Source of the DNA: a virus
Lineage: Duplodnaviria > Caudoviricetes
Reading direction: 5' to 3' (one strand)
Virus record (IMG/VR): IMGVR_UViG_3300005805_005355
Span: 1-25,035 of that record
DNA length: 25,035 bases
In this document: one piece after another, positions 17,843-25,035 of the stretch
How the letters are laid out: each line of letters opens with the position of its first letter
How positions within the stretch are numbered: position 1 is the stretch's first letter
Position numbers and translations under genes: made by a program
The notes under the pieces: generated by a model
The model's input: the letters and a program-made list of their open reading frames with translations, nothing else
Told to the model about the DNA's origin: nothing
Database searches by the model: none

Positions 17843-18349
17843 ATGGCAAACTTACAACCAATAACTTACAAATATGTAAGTACAAAAGAATATCACGATG
17901 CATTTCCCTGTGCGTATCGTCAATGGCGTGCTGATAGTCATTGTAATCTTATACACGGTTACAGCTTTAGCATGAAATTCTATTTCGGCACAAACGAACT
18001 AGACGTTCGTAACTGGGCTATGGACTATGGTGGCCTAAAAGAACTGAAGAAGATTCTTGAGGATCAATTTGACCATACATTACTTGTAGCCGAAGATGAT
18101 CCCGAGTTAGAAACTTTTAAACTATTACAAGAAAAGAAATTAGCAAAACTAACGATCCTTCCGAGGCTAGGTTGTGAAGGTCTTGCTGATATGCTTTACG
18201 AATATGTAAATAGTGTTTACATTCCTGATATGTTAGGTCAATGTGAAGCAGATCGTCTTTGGTGCTATCGTGTAGAAGTAAGAGAAACACAAAGCAATAT
18301 GGCTTATCGTGAAGGCCATCGTGAATGGAATGAATTTTTATTAAAATAA
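17843..18349 (+). CDS. queD: 6-carboxy-5,6,7,8-tetrahydropterin synthase
   Basis: HCNLIHGY, MDYGGLK, FDHTLL, GCEGLA, VEVRET; ATG 17843 follows AAGGAG (TTG 17777 extension unlikely). Confidence 0.85.
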   Translation: MANLQPITYKYVSTKEYHDAFPCAYRQWRADSHCNLIHGYSFSMKFYFGTNELDVRNWAMDYGGLKELKKILEDQFDHTLLVAEDDPELETFKLLQEKKLAKLTILPRLGCEGLADMLYEYVNSVYIPDMLGQCEADRLWCYRVEVRETQSNMAYREGHREWNEFLLK

Positions 18350-18351
18350 TT

Positions 18352-18960
18352 ATGTTAGAAACAGTAAGTGAATTATTTGAAGAGGCGTACAAACGCAACT
18401 GGATTACAGCACGTGATGGTAATGCTAGTATTCGCTGGCACGATAGAGATCATATGTATATCACTCCAAGTGGCATAAGGAAACAAACACTTCAACCTGA
18501 AATGTTTATCAAATGGTCATTGTCTGGACAACGTGCTATGAAATACACTGATATCAGTAGTGCTTTAAATCCTAGCGGTGAATTACCATTGCATTACGGA
18601 TTACAAAGAAACATTGACACAGAAGTTCGTGTGGTATTGCATATGCATCCTACATATACAGTGGCAGCTATGTATGCAGGCATTGAACTAAGTGACTTAG
18701 TAAAACAATTTCCTGAACTAGGTCGCTATACTAAAGTAGGAAAAAATGTTCCTGATGTGCCACCAATCAGCAAAGCATTAGCTGATGCCACAGTACCAAA
18801 TCTAGATTTAGACCCTGATGGTAAATGTAATAACCATATCGTAGGCATTGACAGGCATGGCGTAGTTAGTGTAGATACAAGTCCATGGCGTGCATTTGAA
18901 CATATTGAACGATTAGAACATATTTGTAAGATAGTTCTATCTAGTAAAGGTTACAAATGA
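18352..18960 (+). CDS. class II aldolase/adducin-family protein
   Basis: DGNASIR, ITPSG, PSGELPLH, HMHP, RHGVV. Confidence 0.85.
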   Translation: MLETVSELFEEAYKRNWITARDGNASIRWHDRDHMYITPSGIRKQTLQPEMFIKWSLSGQRAMKYTDISSALNPSGELPLHYGLQRNIDTEVRVVLHMHPTYTVAAMYAGIELSDLVKQFPELGRYTKVGKNVPDVPPISKALADATVPNLDLDPDGKCNNHIVGIDRHGVVSVDTSPWRAFEHIERLEHICKIVLSSKGYK

Positions 18961-20135
18961 AAAAGATTGCTGTTGTAGGCGCAGGTGTTGCTGGTATAAC
19001 CACAGCATATTATCTAGCAAAAGCAGGATTTAACGTTACTGTATTTGAACAAGATCGTTATCCTGCCATGCGTTGTAGCTATGCAAATGGCGGACAAATT
19101 AGTGTAAGCAACAGTGAAGTTTGGACTACATGGGCTAATATTAAAAAGGGCCTTAAATGGATGTTCAAAAAAGATGCTCCTTTACTTATTCGTCCTAGTT
19201 TGGATTGGGACAAGTTTTTTTGGCTTTTAGATTTTATTAAGCATACAGCTAATAATGACTATTACAAAAACACTATTGAAACTATACGAATGGGTATGCA
19301 ATCACGCAGGCTTTATCAAGAAATGTTAGAATCAGAACAAATAGAATTTGATAAAGCTGATTCAGGTATATTGCACATTTATAAAAACCAAGAGTACTTT
19401 CAACATGCAATACGTGTTCAACAAATGTATGAAGAAAATGGTTGTGAATGGGATATCATTAACTATGAAAAAGCTTGTAGTATAGATCCTGCATTAAAAA
19501 CTGTAAGCGGTGTAGTTGGCTGCGCTTGGACTCCTAGTGATTTTGTCGGTGATATACATAAGTTTTGTTATAATCTTGCCGACATTTTAAAATCTAAGTA
19601 TAATGTAACTTTTGTTTATAATTATAAAAAGCACATCATTAGCAATTCATATGACTATCATATTGTTTGTGCAGGTGTTAACAGTACGGAAATTGCTAGA
19701 GACTTGGGCGAGAGACTTCCTGTGTATCCTGTTAAGGGATATAGTATTACTATTCCCACAAAAAATTTGTCGCAGGATGCTGTACCAAAAGTAAGCTTGC
19801 TTGATGACGAAGCTAAAATTGTATCTTCATTTTTAGGAGATAAGTTGCGTGTAGCAGGCACAGCAGAATTAACTGGAATTAACTATGATATTCGTAGAGA
19901 TAGAATTGAACCGTTATTACAATGGGTAAATACTAACTTTCCAAATGTAAACACGCATGAATATTCTAGCTGGGCATGTTTGCGTCCTATGACTCCCAAT
20001 ATGATGCCTATTACCAAACGTAGTGACAAGAACGAAAAAGTATTTTATAATACAGGACATGGTCACCTAGGATGGACATTGGCACCATATACTGCTAAAC
20101 TAATTACGGATACATTATGCACCACATTAAAATAA
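18957..20135 (+). CDS. D-amino acid dehydrogenase (DadA)-like FAD oxidoreductase
   Basis: GAGVAG, SYANGGQIS, YPVKGYS, LRVAGTAEL, LRPMTP, NTGHGHLGWT. Confidence 0.85.
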   Translation: MKKIAVVGAGVAGITTAYYLAKAGFNVTVFEQDRYPAMRCSYANGGQISVSNSEVWTTWANIKKGLKWMFKKDAPLLIRPSLDWDKFFWLLDFIKHTANNDYYKNTIETIRMGMQSRRLYQEMLESEQIEFDKADSGILHIYKNQEYFQHAIRVQQMYEENGCEWDIINYEKACSIDPALKTVSGVVGCAWTPSDFVGDIHKFCYNLADILKSKYNVTFVYNYKKHIISNSYDYHIVCAGVNSTEIARDLGERLPVYPVKGYSITIPTKNLSQDAVPKVSLLDDEAKIVSSFLGDKLRVAGTAELTGINYDIRRDRIEPLLQWVNTNFPNVNTHEYSSWACLRPMTPNMMPITKRSDKNEKVFYNTGHGHLGWTLAPYTAKLITDTLCTTLK

Positions 20136-20968
20136 GTGAGTTGTTTTACAGCATTCAAGGCGAAGGTAGATACATGGGAGTACCCAGTGTCTTTCTCAGA
20201 ACATTTGGTTGTAACTTCAAATGTGCTGGCTTTGGAATGCCTAAAGGTGAATTAAGCGAGGAGAGAATTAAGGTTGCTGAATTTATCGAATTTTATAAAG
20301 ATTATAAATCCTTACCGCTTGTCGGTACGGGATGTGATTCTTATGCATCTTGGGACCCTAATTTCAGGCATCTTAGTCCTTATATTGATACCATTGATAT
20401 TGTTACTCGCATTATGGATTTACTTCCATATAATCGTTGGGTGGATGAGCATTTGGTTATCACAGGTGGTGAACCGTTACTAGGATGGCAACGTGCGTAT
20501 CCCGAACTACTAAGCTATCCTCAAATGCTAGCATTGAAAGAACTAACATTTGAAACTAACGGCACACAACCACTACAAGAAGAATTTAAAAAATTCTTAC
20601 AAAAGCAATGGCATAAACAAAAAGGTATTGAAACAATTACATTTAGTGTTAGTGCAAAGCTTTCTAGTAGTGGCGAGAAACGTGAAGATGCTATTTGTCC
20701 CGAAGTGGTACGTGAATATGAAATGTATGGTCATGCATATCTAAAATTTGTTATTGCAACCGATGAAGATATGGAAGAAGTTTTAGACGTTGTAAACGAA
20801 TATCGCAAAGCCAGTTTTATGGGTAACGTTTATGTTATGCCCGTTGGCGGCGTCGAAAAAGTATACAGTATGAATAATCGCAAAGTTGCTACACTTGCAA
20901 TGAAGCATGGTTTGCGTTATAGTGATAGATTACAAGTTCCGCTGTTTAAAAACGAGTGGGGAACTTAA
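20117..20968 (+). CDS. queE: 7-carboxy-7-deazaguanine synthase (radical SAM)
   Basis: ELFYSIQGEG, VFLRTFGCNFKC...CDS, ITGGEP, ETNGT, LKFVI, RLQV. Confidence 0.9.
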   Translation: MHHIKISELFYSIQGEGRYMGVPSVFLRTFGCNFKCAGFGMPKGELSEERIKVAEFIEFYKDYKSLPLVGTGCDSYASWDPNFRHLSPYIDTIDIVTRIMDLLPYNRWVDEHLVITGGEPLLGWQRAYPELLSYPQMLALKELTFETNGTQPLQEEFKKFLQKQWHKQKGIETITFSVSAKLSSSGEKREDAICPEVVREYEMYGHAYLKFVIATDEDMEEVLDVVNEYRKASFMGNVYVMPVGGVEKVYSMNNRKVATLAMKHGLRYSDRLQVPLFKNEWGT

Positions 20969-20985
20969 TTTTCAAAGGAAATAAA

Positions 20986-21150
20986 ATGATTACACAAATA
21001 TTGTTAGGTATATTTTTTGCTCCGTTTATTTTAGTAGTAAGCTATATTGTTGCTAAGGTAACAATTGATATAAGTCTTACTATTTTGGGAGATGCATTGA
21101 GTATTGTTGGGTATGACAATCTGAGACAATACAATTTGCATCGACAGTAA
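20986..21150 (+). CDS. small membrane protein
   Basis: AAAGGA SD before ATG 20986; hydrophobic N-terminal half. Confidence 0.55.
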   Translation: MITQILLGIFFAPFILVVSYIVAKVTIDISLTILGDALSIVGYDNLRQYNLHRQ

Positions 21151-21151
21151 A

Positions 21152-21373
21152 ATGTTTTTTGACGTTGATATTTTTAATAAATTTGTAATAGGCACAGAGT
21201 TAAAATTTGTTTTTTTACCAAAAAGGTGCTATATAACAGGAAAATTGTTATGGCTCCAATATGTATATAAACAAACTGCTATGTACGTGGGTCCTGATAT
21301 TCCCTTGTTTGAATATCGATACTATGACAAGAATGAATTCATAATTAAAAGATTAAAAGATTTGGTTACATGA
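21152..21373 (+). CDS. hypothetical protein
   Basis: 73 aa, tightly packed, FLPKRCYITGKLLWL. Confidence 0.65.
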   Translation: MFFDVDIFNKFVIGTELKFVFLPKRCYITGKLLWLQYVYKQTAMYVGPDIPLFEYRYYDKNEFIIKRLKDLVT

Positions 21374-22173
21374 GTCGATTATTTACTTTTGGTTGTAGCT
21401 TTACTGCTTATGAATGGCCCACATGGGCTGATATTTTAGGTCGTCAATTTGATTTTTTTGAAAATTGGGGTAAACCTGGTGCTGGCAATCAATTTATTTG
21501 CAATTCAATTGCGGAAGCTGATGCAAAATATAATTTTGGTAAAGATGATACCATAATTGTCATGTGGTCAAGTATGATGCGTGAAGATCGTTATATTCAA
21601 AATGGATGGCTGACTCCGGGCAATTTTTTAGGACATGGTAAAGAATATTATAGTGAAGAATTTCAAAAAAAATTTATAACAGTTCGAGGATGCTATATAC
21701 GTGACCTAGCATCGATGTATTTAGTTTACACAATGTTAAAAAATAAAGGATGTAACTTTCACTTTTTAAGTATGATTGATATTAATTTTCCAAGTGACAT
21801 GTATACAAACTATTTTATCCAAAAATTAAAATTACAAAAAGAATTAGATAGTATTGCAGATGTCCTTGACAGATACAAAGATTTAATTGAGTTAATAAAA
21901 CCAAGTGTACATAAAGTGATTTTTAATTATGATTGGCAAAGTAGAAAACTATTTATGGCCCCATCATCAAAAACAGGACAACTACATAGAGCAGACACAC
22001 ACCCGTTGCCAATAGAACATCTTGAATATTTAGAAAAAGTATTGCCTGAGTTTACACATTCAACAGAAACTAAAAACTGGGTTAAACAAGTCACTGATGA
22101 GGTCTGTAGTTTAATTTTTTACAAAAATACTAGTTGGAATCCATTAATGTATACACCAAAGAACAGATTATGA
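21370..22173 (+). CDS. SGNH/GDSL-like protein, paralog 3
   Basis: TFGCSFT, WPTWAD, GKPGAGNQFI, VMWSSMMREDR, DTHPLPIEH. Confidence 0.65.
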   Translation: MSRLFTFGCSFTAYEWPTWADILGRQFDFFENWGKPGAGNQFICNSIAEADAKYNFGKDDTIIVMWSSMMREDRYIQNGWLTPGNFLGHGKEYYSEEFQKKFITVRGCYIRDLASMYLVYTMLKNKGCNFHFLSMIDINFPSDMYTNYFIQKLKLQKELDSIADVLDRYKDLIELIKPSVHKVIFNYDWQSRKLFMAPSSKTGQLHRADTHPLPIEHLEYLEKVLPEFTHSTETKNWVKQVTDEVCSLIFYKNTSWNPLMYTPKNRL

Positions 22174-23531
22174 AAACATACGATAAGAGAATTGCATTTT
22201 TAATTAGCGACCAACATTTTATACCACACGGTGGTATTGGTAGTTTTGCTAAAGGCTTCACAGAAATGTGTCAACGTATAAATTGGAAAGTTGACATTTT
22301 GCTTGACAAAGCTCCTAGAAACAAAGAATTCTTTTCACTTATAGAATCATTGGGAGCCAATGTATTATGGCCATCAGAACCTCTTCGGTACGATGACCAT
22401 GTTAATACTTTTGCATTTAGTGATACGATTAATTTTGAAAAAATAATCAACTTTAGAAAGATTATTGTAGAGGCTTTTGAAAAAAACATCTATAATATGA
22501 TTGTATGCAATACACAAGAGGCAATGACTGCGGCATATGCAGTAACAGTTAACAAGTATATACCTGTTGTTTTTTACACACATTTGCATAGCATGATTTT
22601 CCGCGAAAGCCAAGGTAGTGATGTATTTTTAGACAGTTATCATAACTTCTATAATAAACATATGGAGTTTACTGATATTATTATAGGTACGCAAAGTCAA
22701 AAAAACATCGATGAACTTACAAAGTTTGGAGCAACAAATTGTAGATTATTGCGTATGCCTATGAGTGAACGTGGTTTACTTAATCGTTATGCAGGTACAC
22801 GTGAGGGTGTATTGTTTATTGGTCGTTGGGAATCAGGAAAAAATCCAGAAGCCTATATACGTGTAATGAAAGAATGTGGCTTACCTTGTCGTGTAATGAC
22901 AAATGAAAATGGTCGTAAAAAGTTTAAAAAAGCTTTTGAAGAAGCAGGTATAAAAGACTACGTTATACAAGCGGGCATTACTGGACAAGAAAAAGTAGCA
23001 TTCATAAAAGGTTCTAGCGTATTTTTTATGCCGAGCCTTCGTGAGAATTATCCATTTGCATTTTTAGAATGTTTGGCACATATGCCATGTGTGGTTTTAG
23101 ATAATCAAGATTGGAGTGATAATTTCGAAGGTCAGTATTATCATAAAGTAAATATTAAAGATGCTGCCAATCTTATTAAAACAATTTACGGTGGTGATCA
23201 ATTAAGTTCTGCACTTGGTTACGTGAAAAAACTAGATGATGAAGTAACGGAAGGTTGGAAACAATTTTTAAAAGATTTTGTTCCTAAACAAAGCAAAACT
23301 AATAGTGCCAAAATAAACAGTTATCAAACTGTAAAGTACCGCGATTATATTAAAGACCTTGGCAGAAAACATTTGGCTAGGGAAGATTTTGAAAGTGTAT
23401 TAAGTAATATACAAAAGTTTTGCAAAGTAGTATATACAGACCAAGATACCTATTTAAGTAAAGACAAGAACTTTACACCAATAGATGAGTCTTTGGAACT
23501 TAACGGTTTATCATTGTTAGAAGAAGTGTAA
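22170..23531 (+). CDS. GT-B (GT4-like) glycosyltransferase
   Basis: HGGIG, YTH, FIGRWESGKNP, PSLRENYPFAFLE (E-x7-E); ATG 22170 overlaps the upstream TGA. Confidence 0.8.
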   Translation: MKTYDKRIAFLISDQHFIPHGGIGSFAKGFTEMCQRINWKVDILLDKAPRNKEFFSLIESLGANVLWPSEPLRYDDHVNTFAFSDTINFEKIINFRKIIVEAFEKNIYNMIVCNTQEAMTAAYAVTVNKYIPVVFYTHLHSMIFRESQGSDVFLDSYHNFYNKHMEFTDIIIGTQSQKNIDELTKFGATNCRLLRMPMSERGLLNRYAGTREGVLFIGRWESGKNPEAYIRVMKECGLPCRVMTNENGRKKFKKAFEEAGIKDYVIQAGITGQEKVAFIKGSSVFFMPSLRENYPFAFLECLAHMPCVVLDNQDWSDNFEGQYYHKVNIKDAANLIKTIYGGDQLSSALGYVKKLDDEVTEGWKQFLKDFVPKQSKTNSAKINSYQTVKYRDYIKDLGRKHLAREDFESVLSNIQKFCKVVYTDQDTYLSKDKNFTPIDESLELNGLSLLEEV

Positions 23532-24193
23532 TGGAAACAGTAACACTTTGTAATGGCTGGACTGTTCAATTCCCTATTGAATTAGACGGGGGAGGAGTTG
23601 AACAACGTGTCATGTTTGCAAAAAAATTAGGTTTGCAAAAGAAAAAATATATCAATGGTTTAGAATGGTGTGCGGGTATGGGTATCATAGGTTACGATAT
23701 GATGGCTCGCGGATTGTGTCAAAATATGGCATTCATTGATAAACATTTACCAGCAGTCAATAACTTAACATACACATCAAAATTTAACGATATTCGCAAG
23801 CGTGTTGATGTTTATCATAGTGATAGCATATCCATTATACCCAAAGATAAAAAATTTGATTTAATTGTATCTAACCCGCCACATACAGATTCACGTGAGG
23901 TTTGGGAAAAACTTGTACGTGAATCATTTAACAGAACCAAACAAGAACCGTGGTCTAGTGAATTGTTTGATAATTGGGCTAGACTAATTATTGATGAAAA
24001 TTGGAATACACATATTGACTTTTTTAAGCATATAGCTTATTATCTAGCTGAAGATGCGGATATGTTTATATGTGAAAACAATGAATATGAATTTTTAGAA
24101 AATTTATTTAGGCAAGATTTTAGAATAGTTTCTAAAGATGCATTTCCCCAATTAGGACCAGATGGATTACTATATCACTTAAAGGTAAAATAA
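23531..24193 (+). CDS. class I SAM amino-methyltransferase (NPPY-like)
   Basis: LEWCAGMGIIG, FID, FDLIVSNPPH. Confidence 0.75.
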   Translation: METVTLCNGWTVQFPIELDGGGVEQRVMFAKKLGLQKKKYINGLEWCAGMGIIGYDMMARGLCQNMAFIDKHLPAVNNLTYTSKFNDIRKRVDVYHSDSISIIPKDKKFDLIVSNPPHTDSREVWEKLVRESFNRTKQEPWSSELFDNWARLIIDENWNTHIDFFKHIAYYLAEDADMFICENNEYEFLENLFRQDFRIVSKDAFPQLGPDGLLYHLKVK

Positions 24194-25023
24194 TGAAAAA
24201 GATTTTAATAACAGGTAGCTCAGGATATATTGGATCGCACTTATGCGATATGTTGTCAGGTGAATATGAAGTTCACGGACTTGACATTGTTCAACCCCAA
24301 GTTGAAACTGAAAAGTTTTATAATATTGATATCAATAAACAATTCGCAATTGATGGTATTGAATTTGATGCAGTAGTTCATCTGGCGGCACTTACAAGCG
24401 TACCTGAAAGCCAAGAGCGTCCTATTAGTTATTATATTACTAATCTCAATGGTACTATGAACGTATTAAACAAATGCAAAACTAAAAACTTTATATTTGC
24501 AAGTACAGGTGCCGCACAAGATTGTCTAAGTGCATATGGCGTTAGCAAGCGTGCCGCAGAGGATGTGGTTCGTTCTTATACTAAAATGGCAGAAGCAGAG
24601 TATACAATTTTTAGATTTTATAACGTCATAGGATCTACAGTTGCAATGCCCACCAATCCAGATGGATTATTTTATAACTTAGCCAAAGCACGTGAAACAG
24701 GTGAATTCACAATTTTTGGTAGTGACTATCCTAATACTGTTGATGGAACCTGTGTGCGAGATTATGTACACGTTGAAGAAATATGTCATGCCATTAAAAT
24801 GGCTATTGAAAAACCTGCAAACAATACAGAATGTTTAGGACACGGGGTTGGGTATACTGTACAAGAAATGGTAAATATATTTCAACGAGTTAATGACTGT
24901 GAATTTAATGTAAACAAAGGTCCACGCAGAGACGGGGACATTGAATACTATGTATTAGAAGATGTGTCCCCATATATGAAAAACCTCTACAGTGTAGAGG
25001 ATCTTCTTAAAGTTAATGTTTAA
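24193..25023 (+). CDS. NAD-dependent sugar epimerase (GalE-like)
   Basis: ITGSSGYIG, VHLAA, FAST, YGVSK, FRFYNV, CVRDYVHV. Confidence 0.88.
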   Translation: MKKILITGSSGYIGSHLCDMLSGEYEVHGLDIVQPQVETEKFYNIDINKQFAIDGIEFDAVVHLAALTSVPESQERPISYYITNLNGTMNVLNKCKTKNFIFASTGAAQDCLSAYGVSKRAAEDVVRSYTKMAEAEYTIFRFYNVIGSTVAMPTNPDGLFYNLAKARETGEFTIFGSDYPNTVDGTCVRDYVHVEEICHAIKMAIEKPANNTECLGHGVGYTVQEMVNIFQRVNDCEFNVNKGPRRDGDIEYYVLEDVSPYMKNLYSVEDLLKVNV

Positions 25024-25035
25024 GTAATAATGTAC

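Noticed and set aside
22285-22330. Two TTGACA hexamers inside the GT gene
   Set aside because: No convincing -10 at correct spacing; explained by the codons for VD and LD
358-22613. Numerous 60-180 aa antisense or alternate-frame ORFs (e.g. 2499-2861, 10914-11378, 12696-13232, 16686-17066)
   Set aside because: They overlap well-supported genes and show no motifs or SD; shadow ORFs
1-25035. tRNA, rRNA, CRISPR arrays, IS elements, intrinsic terminators, stop-codon recoding
   Set aside because: Intergenic gaps are short, no repeats or GC-rich stem plus U-tract were seen by eye, and genes are intact under code 11

Overview
AT-rich, densely packed segment of a large T4-like (probably jumbo) dsDNA phage genome; nearly all genes are on the + strand, many with ATGA/TAATG overlaps. 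Left part (1-7034): minimal TilS, an N-terminally truncated DnaE (family C) polymerase on the - strand, a DsbA/GapR-like DNA-binding protein, an FkbM methyltransferase, a family B DNA polymerase and a probable sliding clamp. The rest is a ~17.6 kb modification island built around a 7-deazaguanine pathway: a TGT/DpdA-like transglycosylase, FolE, QueD, QueE, a second QueD-like (DpdL-like) T-fold protein and GMP reductase, with no QueC/QueF in the window. Interleaved are two GT-B glycosyltransferases, three HIGH-type nucleotidyltransferase domains, an APS-kinase fusion, a GalE-like epimerase, a methyltransferase and three SGNH-like paralogs. Best novelty candidates: a preQ1-I-like pseudoknot in the queD leader, a structured folE leader, an FxxLF clamp-binding-like motif shared by the polymerase and the transglycosylase, possible further decoration of modified DNA, and a compact PAPS-synthase-like fusion. 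All calls come from motif recognition by eye; no searches were run.
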